A stretch of 64,000 nucleotides of DNA, taken from contig OX597821.1 of assembly GCA_951406725.2 (NCBI GenBank), positions 89,838,001-89,902,000 on the forward strand, given 5' to 3'. A program made the translations under genes and the position numbers. The notes below the pieces were generated by a model. It saw only the letters and a program-made list of their open reading frames with translations, searched no databases and was not told the origin of the DNA. This document shows, piece after piece, positions 29,253 through 40,856 of the stretch; position 1 is the first letter of the stretch, and each line of letters starts with the position of its first letter. Source of the DNA: Octopus vulgaris. Its lineage: Eukaryota.

Positions 29253-29284
29253 ATTATTACTATTATTATTATTATAATTATTAT

Positions 29285-29490
29285 GTAGCAGAGTCGTTAG
29301 CAAGCTGGGCAAAATGCTTAGCAGTATTTCACCTATCTTTATGTTCTGAGTTCAAATTCCACCGAGGTCGACTTTGCCTTTCATCCTTTCGGGGTAATCA
29401 AATTAAGTACCAGTGAAATACTGAGGTCAATGACACTTACTAGTCCCTTCTCACAAATTTCAGGCTTTGTGCCTATAGCTGAAAGGATCA
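29285..29490 (+). mobile_element. SINE family B copy
   Basis: GAGTTCAAATTCCACCGAGGTCGACTTTGCCTTTCATCCTTTCGGGG...AAGTACCAG. Confidence 0.75.
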
Positions 29491-29512
29491 TTATGCTTAT
29501 TACTATTATTAA

Positions 29513-29983
29513 CCCTTTAGAATTTAAACCAGCCATATCTGGCCAAAATATTCTGCTACATTATATTCAAACTGCCCCTATCCAACATCTCACACCTACC
29601 CTACCAGTTCATTCTAAAAATAAGCAATCATCAAACCCTTGAAGCCATGTGATAGGGCATGTGTAATAAAAATACCTTTCTTATCATACCTAGGGCACCC
29701 ACAGTAACAGGAACAGTTCTCACTTTAAGATGCCACATCTTTCGTATTTCAATTTCAAGGACCTAATTACTCTTACTCTTTTACTTGTTTCAGTCACTTG
29801 ACTGCGGCCATGCTGGAGCACCGCCTTTAATCGAGCAACTCGACCCTGGGACTTATTCTTTTGTAAGCCCAGTACTTATTCTATCGGTCTCTTTTGCTGA
29901 ACTGCTAAGTAATGGGGACATAAACACACCAGCATCGGCTGTCAAGCAATGCTAGGGGGACAAACACAGACACACAAACACGC

Positions 29984-30016
<33 letters not shown>

Positions 30017-30251
30017 TACGACAGGCTTCTTTCAGTTTCTGTCTACCAAATCCACTCACAAGGCTTTGGTCAGCCTGAGGCTATAGGAGAAGACACTTGC
30101 CCAAGGTGCCACGCAGTGGGACTGAACCCGGAACCATGTGGTTAGTATAGAAGCTACTTACCACACAGCCACTCCTGCACCTATTTACTTAATTTCTCAA
30201 ATGTGAATAAATAATCATTACATTTGACAGCATAATCTGAACGCTAAAGGG
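29513..30251. mobile_element. piggyBac-type MITE carrying nested LINE fragment and SINE
   Basis: TTAA|CCCTTTAG...CTAAAGGG|TTAA; inverted copy of the 26121 element with insertions. Confidence 0.8.
29768..30183 (-). mobile_element. SINE family A copy (nested)
   Basis: Reverse complement of family A. Confidence 0.9.
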
Positions 30252-30754
30252 TTAAAGCTGACAGAATCTTTAGAGCATCAGACATGCTTAGCAGTATATC
30301 TACTGATTCTTTAGGATCTGAGTACAAATTATGTCAAAGTGAACATTGCCTTTCATTGTTTCAGAATCAGTAAAATAAAGTACGTGTCAAGTAATGGCAT
30401 TGATGTCATCAACTTACCCCTTTCACTAAAATCCTGGGTCTTGTGGCAAAAATTTGAAACCATTATTATTATCATTGCATGTTTGCACAGCATTGCTGAG
30501 CAGAGATCTATGGAGCCTTATGTATGTGCACTGAGTATCATGTTTATATTTCAGATCTTTCGTGTGTGAGGTTGCCTACAAATTATATCTGCAGTATATA
30601 CCAGAACAGTTTTGTCTCTGTTGTGTATAGTTAAAAGTGCCTAGATATCGACTTTGCAATTACCTGCAAATTTTATTGATCACTTCCCTAAAACCTTGCC
30701 TCTGTTTATCTCTATTTCCAGATTTTTTTATTGAGATCTCTCTCTCTCTCTCTA

Positions 30755-31395
30755 TCTGCTCAGTCAAAGTTGACTCTCGGTCACTCGTTGGATCAGTGTC
30801 CTCCAGTCAGTTCTATCCTGGGCCGCTTCCTTCAGATTGGCCATGTCCATTCCGGTATCACTCCTGATGGTGTCAAGCCAGCGGTTTCTTGGTCAGCCTC
30901 CTCCTCTCTTGCCACTGACCATTCTAAGCATGATGTCCTTCTCCAGGGATTTTCTCCGCATAATATGACCGAAATATGCCAATCTACGCTTGGTGATCCC
31001 AGCTTCTAGCGACATTTTTGGCCCTATCTGCTTAAGAACTTCTCCATTGGTGAGCCTCGCTGTCCATGGAATCTGCAAAAGTCTTCTCCAACACCAAAGC
31101 TCGAATGCATTAATTCTCTTCTGGTCAACTTTCTTTAGTGTCCAGGTCTTGCATCCATATGTTGCTATTGGGAAGACAATTGCATTCACCAATCTGCATT
31201 TGGTAGCGAGTCTGATGTCTCTACTCTTCCAGATCCTGCTCATGCTGACCATTGCCTCTCTGCCTAGTACTATCTGCCGTCTTATTTCTGGAGTGCAGTC
31301 ACCATCTCGATTTATTTTGAAGCCAAGGAAGATGAAATCATCAACCACTTCAATCTCTTCATTATCGATCTTGAGAACATTTCTTTATTTCTTTT
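30755..31395 (-). mobile_element. RTE-clade (BovB-like) LINE, 3' fragment of ORF
   Basis: ORF 30893-31348: VDDFIFLG...EIRRQI...IVFPIATYGCKTWTL...INAFELWCWRRLLQIPWT...YFGHIMR...LEKDIM, typical RTE RT C-terminus/thumb. Confidence 0.9.
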
Positions 31396-31680
31396 AGAGA
31401 TACAATATTGTCTGCTGGGATTGAAACATTATTTAGGAGACACTTACATTTCTGGTTGCCTTTCAAAACAGTAATTGGAAAATTAGATTGATCTCCTTTG
31501 TCCAAGTAGCTTGGAATATTCCTGACTATGGTTGCTTGATATCATTATTGTTCTGCTGAGGTTGGCTTTGCCTTTCATCTTTTTGAAGTCAACAAAATAA
31601 GTACCAGTGATTACTGAGGTTGATGTAATTGATGAGCTTCTTCTCCTCAAATTTTAGTTCTTGTATCTTTTACTGAAAGG

Positions 31681-31728
31681 ATCATCATTATCATCATCAT
31701 CGTCATCATCACCACCACCACCACCACC

Positions 31729-31786
<58 letters not shown>

Positions 31787-31800
31787 CCACCACCACCACC

Positions 31801-31834
<34 letters not shown>

Positions 31835-31878
31835 TCGTCGTCATCATCATCATCATCATCATCATTATCATCACCACC

Positions 31879-31957
<79 letters not shown>
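31681..31957. repeat. (CAT)/(CAC) microsatellite
   Basis: Directly visible; abuts the 3' end of the R4 element. Confidence 0.95.
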
Positions 31958-31958
<1 letters not shown>

Positions 31959-32832
31959 TTACTTTTAATCTGCATGTTTCTTGCAATCATTTGCCGAGAC
32001 ACACCCAGCGTCCTAGGGCAGGGGAAGGATAAGAGATGTTACACTATGACTAAAAGCTTCGGAAGGGTAAGTGGCAGAGGCCACATCTTGATGTAAATCC
32101 AACACAAGCATTTAAACTGATAGAGTTTTTCTAAGGATGTGGGCAGTGTTTGTTAGCACAATCTTTTGGATTTCTCTGAGACATGGTTCTCCTGGGATGT
32201 AACCGAGATGTTTTTGATATACCTTTCTTATCATACCTAGGGTGCCCACAGTAACAGGAACAGTTCTCACTTTCAATTTTCAGGACCTTATATTTGCTTA
32301 ATTTCTCAAATTCCTTTACAGATACGTTTTTATCAGTGGAATCACTTGCATCTATTAGTCTGTAAGTATTTTCTTCCCTGTCTTTAATGACTATGTCAAG
32401 TTGATTAGACTGGATTGTTCTGTTGGTGTTGACTAGAAACTCCCAGAGGACAGTGACATTTCTACCTTCAATGATGGGCTGAGTATGATGTTCATACCAG
32501 TAAGCAAGAGTGTTGATTTTGTAGAGTTTACATATTTTCCAATGTAAATACTGTCTTAACCTATCATGGTGATTTTTGTATTCCTTTGGTATAAGCACAG
32601 AACATCCCTAGATTAGATGGTCTATTGTTTTATCAATTGTATCACAGAATCTGCATTTAGGGTTAGAACCCTTTTGAAGCAAGTTGGTAGTTTTTGGTCA
32701 GCAAACTTTGGTCTTGTGCTGCTAATATGAAACCTTCAGTCTCTGATTTCAGTCTTGAGCTTCTCAGCCACTGATTAGTTGTTGCTCTGTCTACATCAGC
32801 ATTTCGGCTTTGAAGTATATACCATGAAATGA
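31957..32832 (-). mobile_element. R4/Dong-clade non-LTR retrotransposon 3' fragment (CCHC + restriction-like endonuclease), degenerate
   Basis: Minus strand translates QWLRSSRLKSETEGFILAAQDQSL, CRFC...IDHL, HDRLRQYLHWKIC, WYEH, RTIQSNQLDIVIKD...ID...KEFEKLSKY. Confidence 0.85.
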
Positions 32833-33574
32833 GGTTACTTTGAACACCGGGGCAACAGTAGTGTAGTATATGTGGTGCACCTTGTCCACTACCACTAGGT
32901 CCAGTCTGTTATACTCTAGCACCTGATCTCTTCAGACTGGGAAATGCTAGTGGATTTTGCTTTCTGTGGTTTGTGCTCATACCACGTCTTACCTCTCTCT
33001 AGCCCCACTTTTCACTCAGTTTCCAACTTAATGCTATACCTATCAAATTCACTCACAAGTCACTGGTCAGCCCAAGGCATCGATAGGTGGATTGGGTTCT
33101 TCATAGTAGAGCTCAACATGAAACCACATGGTTCTTCAATACGCAGCTATGCCTGTAACTATCTATATATTGTTGATCTTGCTTTTGCTCTTGTTTACGT
33201 CAACGCTTTTCTTGTTGCAGAAGTCTTTTTATTATTTGTTATTATGGCATAATTTATATTTTTTTCATATATTATACACCTACACATACGCTCTCTCTCT
33301 ATTACTCTCGTTCTCTCTTTCTCTCTCTCTCTCCCCCTTCTCTCTCTCACTCACACTCATTCTGCTTGTGTAAAGAAAATTTCCAAAAGCCTGTATCTAT
33401 TATTAAAACTGATATATTGTCTTCTGTTTAAGTTGTTTTTGTGTTTTATTTATATTTCACTGATATTCTTTTTTATTGTTACTATTGCTTACGTGGCTTT
33501 GTTATTTTGATTCTGTTAATATTTTTCATACATCTATCTTTATGTATTTTAATTATATCTGCAAGTGTGTGTCT

Positions 33575-33608
<34 letters not shown>

Positions 33609-33824
33609 TGAGTTTTCAGATTTAGTTTCTCAATATGTTTCTTTCAACACCAAATCTTTAATCATTGGTTGTTTTTTCTTGAGATACTTTCTGGGGAAAA
33701 AAAAAAACGTTGAAGTTGCTCCAGATTACTATTATACCAATGTTACTTCATTGTTATTGACAAGGATTTATACTCACGTGTATATGGCAATATCTGTGTG
33801 TGAATGTATACATACATACATACA

Positions 33825-33858
<34 letters not shown>

Positions 33859-33932
33859 AATATATATAAACATACTACATGCATATATATATATGCATAT
33901 ATATATGCACATATATACATGTGTATACATAT

Positions 33933-34825
33933 ATTGTTGTTGGCATCCTTTTTGTCTCGGGAGACAATGGAGTTGCGCATAAAGTAGTCTAGTCCGGCTT
34001 TTACATTTCATGTCTTGATACATTTCCTGCTGTGGCTGTGTAGTCCTATCCTGGACAAACACTCCCTCTGGCAGGTACCGCAAATGTAGCGAAGACTGTT
34101 CCTGGCTGGTTGTAATGCCATAGTTTCTTGTTGACGTCTCTTCTTGTCTTTCCATTTATCCTCTCTCTTTCTGTCACTCCTTTGTATTCCCTCTCTTACG
34201 GTACGTCGCCAGTCTCCACGGTTGCCGGCAACTGCCTCCCAACCGCTAATATTGATGTTGCAGGCCTTCATGTCCCTTTTGCAAACATCCTTGTAACGTA
34301 AGAGCGGTCTATCCACAGACCTAGTACCCCTAGCAAGCTCTCCGTGGAGTATGTCCTTGGGGATTCTGCCATCTTTCATACAGCTAACATGCCCAAGCCA
34401 TCTCATACGTCTTTGTGTGAGGAGTGCAATCATGCTTGGTATTCCTGCTTGCCAGAGGACATCTTTCTTGGGGATACGGTTCTGCCATTTGATGCAGAGG
34501 ATTTTCTGTTGGCAGCGCAGGTGAAAGATGTTTAGGCGACACTCTTGGCGTGTGTATAGCGTCCAAGCCTCAATTCCATACAGTAGAGTGCTAAGTACAC
34601 ATGCCTGGCAGATCTTCATTTTCGTGGTCTTGGTCAGCTTATTGTTGTCCCAAGCCCATTTGGAGAGTTGGACCATCGCAGCAGCTGCCTTGCCAATGTG
34701 TATATTGAGCTCAGCATCGAGGGATAGGTTGTAGGTGACGGTAGAGCCCAGATAGGTAAACTTCTCCACCTCTTGGAATCTGTGGTCTCCAATATGTATG
34801 TTTGGGATGTCCGATGTAGCAGGAT
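33933..34825 (-). mobile_element. RTE-clade LINE 3' fragment
   Basis: ORF 34008-34769: FTYLGS, VLSTLLYGIEAW, RMRWLGHV, RIPKDILHGEL, C-terminal C2H2 (CGTCQRECLSRIGLHSHSRKC); 3' UTR hairpin GTCTC-CC-GAGAC and (CAA) tail. Confidence 0.92.
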
Positions 34826-35299
34826 TTCACCTTCTTTTGGCAGGGAAGAGATCCAGAAGAACCTCGTCAACATGGCGTTGGCTTTGCAGTGAGAAACTCA
34901 CTACTTTCCTCAATAGAACCACCATACATATATATATTACATATATATGTATATATATATACACATATATATGTACATATATATTGTATATCCATATATT
35001 ATATATATTATATATACATATGTATATATAGATGTATATACAAGCATACACACACATATATATATGAATACATTTATATCTACACATATACATACATATA
35101 TATATAAATATATATATGTATATATATATATAATATATATATATATATACATATGCATATATTTACATACATGTACATATATATATATATATACATACAT
35201 ATACATACATACATGCACACACACACACACACATATCACAGCAAATGGTGCTCTCTCTGAAGTGTCACGAGTCCTCAGCAGAATCCCCCAGGGAACAGT

Positions 35300-35510
35300 G
35301 CTGGCACATAAAAAGCACCCACTACACTCTCAGAGTGTTTGGCATTAGGAAGAGCCTCAAGCTGTAGAAACACTGCCAGATCACATTGGATCCTAGTGCA
35401 GCCTCCTGGCTTGCCAGTCCTCAATCAAACCATCCAACCAATGTCAGCATGGGAAGCTGACATTAAACAACGATGACAATGAGGATGAGGATGATTGATG
35501 ATGATGATAT
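35300..35510 (+). mobile_element. Retroposon family C 3' part
   Basis: GGCACATAAAAAGCACCCACTACACTCTC...(TGA)n-like tail. Confidence 0.7.
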
Positions 35511-36283
35511 TTACCACATGAACCACAATGAAAAAAATATGAGGAGGATATGGTATATAATTTTTTTTGTGCTGGGGTTCCTTGAGACATGTGATCTATT
35601 TTAAGGTTTACGCAAGGGTAAAAGGGTTGAGAAACACTGATCTAATGACTTATTAAATTCTACATTATTTGTCAGGGTGACAATACTTTGCTGAACATGA
35701 TGCAGACTTTCTGTTGGTTGATATCAGTAAATTGTGAACACTTTTTTTTACCAAACACAAGACAGGTGGGGATTTCACTTCGTCCCATGACACTTCTAAG
35801 TTATCTATGGTATCTGTAATGCTGAAATTTTCCAGAAGCTATAAACTGTTGGTTATTCCACCATCAATCACTCTTATGAGAAGGTTCAGTGTTCTACTAG
35901 ATAATATGCTTTGAAGTAAGCTATCAAACCTTGGATCTACTGGTTTGAGAAACAAATCATTTCCATGGGGATATATTCCATTCTCATATTATCAAAAGAA
36001 TCGTTTAATCTTCTGGGTGGCTTGGTGCATTGTCAAACAGGACCAATGCTTTGTTAGAAATATAACAACCGGCACACAACTATCTACAGCTGAGCAAAAA
36101 ATATTTTTGAAACAATCTTGGATTAGGAGTGGCTGTGTGGTAAGTAGCTTGCTAACCAACCACATGGTTGCGGGTTCAGTCCCACTGCGAGGCATCTTGG
36201 GCAAGTGTCTTCTGCTATAGCCTCGGGCCAATCAAAGCTTTGTGAGTGGATTTGGTTGACAGAAACTGAAAGAAGCCCATCGT

Positions 36284-36356
<73 letters not shown>

Positions 36357-36368
36357 ACATACACACAC

Positions 36369-36407
<39 letters not shown>

Positions 36408-36412
<5 letters not shown>

Positions 36413-36720
36413 TAATCCAAACAAGAAAACACAAAAAAACACAACAACGCGAGGACGTGGAACAAATAAAGTATTATTGGATGCTCAGTAAAGAAGGGAA
36501 GAAGGAGGGTATAACGTTTCGAGCGGAGCTCTTCATCGGAAACATAGGAGAAGGAAAGATCCCTGAAAAGGGAAGACAGAGGAAAAAAATCGCCAGCGGT
36601 ACTCACGCGGTCACATATTGAAATACCGGAAGTAGAAAGGTGGAAGAATAATGTTTTTTAAAGACAGGAGAGTTTTCAAAGATAGTAGGTAGTATGTCAA
36701 AGACAAGGAAAGAGAGAGGG
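36408..36720 (-). mobile_element. PLE-type terminal repeat fragment, family P1
   Basis: Reverse complement aligns with 43460-43635 and ends GGATTAACTT then (TA)n; contains a hammerhead motif. Confidence 0.7.
36509..36543 (-). ncRNA. Minimal type I hammerhead motif, U4C variant
   Basis: GUUU-CCGAUGA-A-GAGC-ucc-GCUC-GAAACGUU-AUAC. Confidence 0.6.
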
Positions 36721-37227
36721 GGAATGTGTGTGGATGTGTGCGTGTGCGGAGGTCTGCATGTGCGCGTGTGTTTGTATGTGTACAATGATGACACGTGCGT
36801 GTGTGTGTGCGTGTGTGTCCCCCCAACATTGCTTAACAACTGATGCTGGTGTGTTTATGTCCCTGTAACTTATTGGTTTGGCAAAAGAGACCGATAAAAT
36901 AAGTACTATTCTTACAAAAAGTAAGTCCTGGGGTCGATTTGCTCGACTAAAGGCGGTGCTCCAGCCTGGCCACAGTCAAATGACTGAAACAAATAAAAGA
37001 GTAAAAGAGTAAAGGATTGTATTTATACAAGCCTTCTTATCTGAATGCAACTTCACAAGTTGATTAAACTTTGCAGTCTTTAGAAACCATTGCACTTTGG
37101 GAGTGATACACAGGTAGGAGCTTTAATTACATATTACCAGCATCAGTTTCTCTCGCAGAAATTTCAAATGACTTTTAGAAACTTTAACAGTCGGAGCTGA
37201 TGTTTTTTCACGAGGTAATGCCATCCT

Positions 37228-37347
37228 TTACTCTTTTACTCGTTTCAGTCATTTGACTGTGGCCAGGCTGGAGCACCGCCTTTAGTCGAGCAAACTGACC
37301 CCAGGACTTATTCTTTGTAAGACTAGTACTTATTCTATCGGTCTCTT
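37228..37347 (-). mobile_element. SINE family A 3' fragment
   Basis: Tail-only, 5'-truncated copy inside the Tigger fossil. Confidence 0.85.
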
Positions 37348-38527
37348 GTGCAGAAAAGTCATGTTTCATTGGCAATGTAAGCTTGTTCTGGTGTGTTATC
37401 TGCTTCAACATTAGTTTCTTTCAACTCCTGGGGTTAGTCAGTAGCAGCTTCTCCATCAACTCTGGTAGTTTCACCTGTCATTTTAATGTTGTGCCGATTA
37501 AGAAAATGCTTAAACTTTTCAAATGAAGCTTTAAAAGCAAGACAAGATTTTACAACAGAAGATGTACTCCTAATTATGTAAATCATCAAACAAAGTTTTA
37601 GCATCCATCTGAACGACCAAATTTATTGGTAAATTACGTCCAGTATGATCAGTGATCCATAAACTCAAGAGCTGTTCCATTTTAAGCATCGAACGTGATC
37701 TATGAACATCCAATGTTTAGGCATTTAATGGTGTAACTACTTGAGCATTTAATCCAAATCTATTTATATAGTTATGCTTTGTGGATACTGCAAGTTCTAA
37801 TGCTTTGCAATAAGACTAAGTTTTTCACTTGCATCAAACTGTGAAAAACATCCAGTTAACCATTCAGAGTAATTCTTTTATGATTCCTTTATGTACTGCT
37901 GTTCTTACTTCTACTTGACAAGCTCTTTCTGATCATCTTGAATAAATATGATAAACTATAATTTAAGCATTTACTTAAATATAACAGTTCTGGTGATAGA
38001 CAAGAAAATTACTCTTAAGAAGAAAGATACAAATCTTTTTAATTCAAGAATGTGTTGGGCAAAAACTTGTTGACTTATTACTTCGTACACAAAAATATAA
38101 ATGAGAAAATGAAAGAAGTGGAGGGGAGAAGAGAGGAAGTGTTCTTTGATGAAAGTTAGCTACAAGACAAAGAGTGGTTGAATTGGTGCAAGCATAATCA
38201 AAGTACGGAATGTTAAGAAGTTAGCAAGGAGATGGTAGCAAGTTTGGTGAATTGATGAACAAACCAGTTGGGGGTCAGAGCAAGAAAAACGTAGGTGGTG
38301 TCAATGTTCAACAAAATACATATGATTTTAAAATCACTTTTATTTCTGCATGGTAGAATTACAGGCTGTTCCTAAATTAGTGGTCCTATTTAACAATTTC
38401 AGTAGGTAGGGAATTCAATGATTGGTGTTTCCATAATGCTTGGAATGTGCCAATATATTGCTCTCATCGTTATTGTTGTTGTCATCATCATCGTTGCTTA
38501 ATGTATTTCCCATGGTGGCGTGGGTTG

Positions 38528-38905
38528 GACTACTACTTGTACTTGTGGCGACATTCGCCCTCGGTGGATTGAGTCGGCTTCTTCTACCACCCTCAAGGCA
38601 TCTCAAACCATGGCAGAAGAAGTTTCGTGGGAATATGTGGATTTCACAAGCACTCCCCAACAATCCCACATGTGGAGACATCATGTTTGCCACAGATTGT
38701 CCGCAGACGCAGGGACAGAATGACCGAGGAGCCGCCGGTTGCCGAAACAGACACTCCGAGGATTTTCACCAGGTTTTGGCCCTAATACCACTCGGTGTCA
38801 GACCAATCCACCTTGGGTGGCTCTACCAGGAACCGAAGTTCCCAACGGCATAGCTCTGACACTACCCGTTACCTGCATCCCCACCATGGTGAGGAGGTGA
38901 TGGAC
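38528..38905 (-). mobile_element. Non-autonomous RTE-derived bipartite retroposon
   Basis: Minus-strand 5' part AGCTATGCCGTTGGGAAC..TTCCTGGTAGAGCCACCCAAGG..GATTGGTC resembles RTE 5'UTRs; 3' end with ACAAGT repeats shared with 47560-47660. Confidence 0.6.
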
Positions 38906-39099
38906 TTTGGAGATGGGTTGGATAGTTTAACATGATCCAGCAAGCTGCATCAAACTGCATCAAGCCCCAATGTAAGTTGTGGTATAGCTTCTAAAGGTAG
39001 ATGTACTACCGAATACCAACCACTTCTTTACAGTGTATACTGATTGCTCTTTTTTGTGTGTCACCAGCACAAATGAGTTTGCCAACTCATTTAAATATC

Positions 39100-39328
39100 A
39101 GGAAAAGAACAAGAAAAAATGCACCACTGGCTAAGAGGAGAGAATATAAATATATTCTCTCCATGTTTATTTCATTCTCTCACCATTCTTTCCACTGAAT
39201 CCTTTCTATTGAAGAGCATAGGCTCAAAACGTCAAAGATGCTTCCATTCTTCCTGAGCATCAAATTAATACACCTGCTTATTGCTTCCTCACCTGTCTTC
39301 ATTATTAATTTTTTGTAAATTTCAACTA

Positions 39329-39330
<2 letters not shown>
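39100..39330 (+). mobile_element. PLE-type terminal repeat fragment, family P2 (degenerate hammerhead 39202-39237)
   Basis: CUUU-CUAUUGA-A-GAGC-auag-GCUC-AAAACGUC-AAAG; homologous to 51722 and 52298 copies. Confidence 0.6.
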
Positions 39331-39388
<58 letters not shown>

Positions 39389-39393
39389 GATAA

Positions 39394-39436
<43 letters not shown>

Positions 39437-39439
39437 CGT

Positions 39440-40665
39440 AAATGTTGAAGGATGAAATGAGTGCTAAACACTACATTGGTGAATATATAATTTCATTATT
39501 TGTGAATTAAGGCTACCATTGGTTTCATGTTAATAAAAGTAAGAAAATATGCTAGTGTCTTAACAATTTTTCTAGCCGATCACATGGAGTAAGGAGTCCG
39601 CCTCCGTTTTGTAAAACAGTCTCACTTCGTTCATAGGATTTCTCGTAAATTCATGTAAATAAAACAATGAATCAAGGAATCAAGGAACATTACTCTTAAG
39701 TGGCATCTTTTTGGATGCTTGTCTTTCTTGGCTTTGTCTTTTGGGTAACTTTTTGTGGTTAATTTGTTTGCATTATTTTGGTTTTTTATTGGCCATGAAG
39801 TTCTTCTACTTGTATGTTGAGGTAGTTCGTCATTGAGACATATTTCTTCATTGTGTGCAGTTTGTGTACTATGTGTGTTCACATTTAGGAAAGGGGCTCT
39901 CCTGGTTGGGTTAAACTCGTTTATAGGGGCTCTTTGAAATATTTGAGTGCAGGAAAAGGAGGTTTCATCCCTAATGTTTAAGATGTTATCCATTGATTAT
40001 ATAATATTTAATTTTTCAGTAATATAGTGTTCACATTTGGTACCACGACCTTTGTATTTTTTGGCTTTAACAATAATTTTCCATTTCAACTGTGGGTTGC
40101 TTATTCCATTTTCTTTCAATATCCATATTATATTTGATAGGGATGTCGCATGTTTTCTGTTTTTGACTCTGAATGACACAAGATTTTGTGTGCACCTTTC
40201 CTTGAATCAATTGCGCCTCATTCCAGTATATGTCTTTGCTATTCTGTTAGAGTCCGTGATCTTGGCCTTGCATACAAGTTTTTCTCAAGACATTTGTTGT
40301 TTAGAGGCAGTAGTTTGGGGATCTGCTGCTGCATTGTCTTTCTGGTGTGTTTATATCTATTGTGATTTATGTTTATGTTTATTGTGGTTGAGTATTATTG
40401 ACCCAAACATAGCTAAGAAATTCTTAAAACTAACAGACAACCACTGTCTACATTCACACAAATACCACAAGATCTTCAACAGAAATACTGTTAAAGTTAG
40501 CTATAGTTGTCTCCCCAATATAGGATTTATGAGAAATCCCATGAACTATTTTCCAAAATGGAGGCAGAAACCTTTCTCCATGTGATTGGCTTAAAAAATT
40601 GTTAAGACACTGGGATATTTTCCAACTTTTCTTAACATGAAACCAATGGTACTTTTAGTTCACAA
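39440..40665 (-). mobile_element. Penelope-like element fragment (GIY-YIG, probably Naiad-like) with inverted terminal copies
   Basis: Minus strand 40335-39997: CSSR..YC-LNNKCLEK-LVCKAKI..TYTGM..FKER..SFRVKNRKHATSLSNIIWILK..LKWKII..CEHYITEKLNII; plus strand 40395-40520: NIAKKFLKL..HKYHKIFNRNTVKVSYSCLPNI; 39500-39655 and 40523-40665 are inverted copies. Confidence 0.85.
39511..39577 (-). ncRNA. Hammerhead motif, U3-A8 type (one core mismatch)
   Basis: GGC-UAGAAAA-AUUGUUAA...UUAACAU-GAAACC-aau-GGUA-GCC; the second copy 40588-40651 reads UUAAAAA, giving the composite UUGAAAA. Confidence 0.5.
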
Positions 40666-40747
40666 ACAGTTGCAGCATGGAAGGTGTTTATAAGCCATTT
40701 AAAAAGACTCAAAAACCGTTACATTCACTTCACCATTTTAAATTTAA

Positions 40748-40798
40748 TTTGTCAACATATTTTCATTGCTTTGAGACCGCAACCTGTTCACTGACAAA
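40748..40798 (-). ncRNA. Minimal hammerhead motif with G3-C8 swapped core
   Basis: UUUGUCA-GUGAACA-G-GUUGC-ggucucaaa-GCAAU-GAAA-AUAUGU-UGACAAA; 7-bp stem I, 5-bp stem II. Confidence 0.55.
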
Positions 40799-40856
40799 AC
40801 TCCATGCTGCATCTGGGAAAGTAACATTTAGTTTATGATATATATGTAAATATAGA

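Larger units (their letters stand above)
36126..37012 (+). mobile_element. SINE family A copy split by a PLE-type insertion
   Basis: Head 36126-36290, 3' half about 36810-37012; apparent GGATT duplication at the flanks. Confidence 0.85.
35650..37938 (-). pseudogene. Fossil Tigger/pogo (CENP-B/DDE_1) transposase interrupted by SINEs
   Basis: Across frameshifts and stops: KRITL..LD, KMEQLLSLWI, FKAS, RHNIKMTGE, TPEQAYIANET, KLLPVYHSQ, KALVLFDNAPSHP, QGLIAYFKAYYL. Confidence 0.8.

Noticed and set aside
40207-40209. In-frame TGA in the GIY-YIG fragment as possible selenocysteine (reported for some Naiad PLEs)
   Set aside because: The position is not a conserved Cys site, nearby Cys codons are TGC/TGT, and the fragment has frameshifts; decay is simpler
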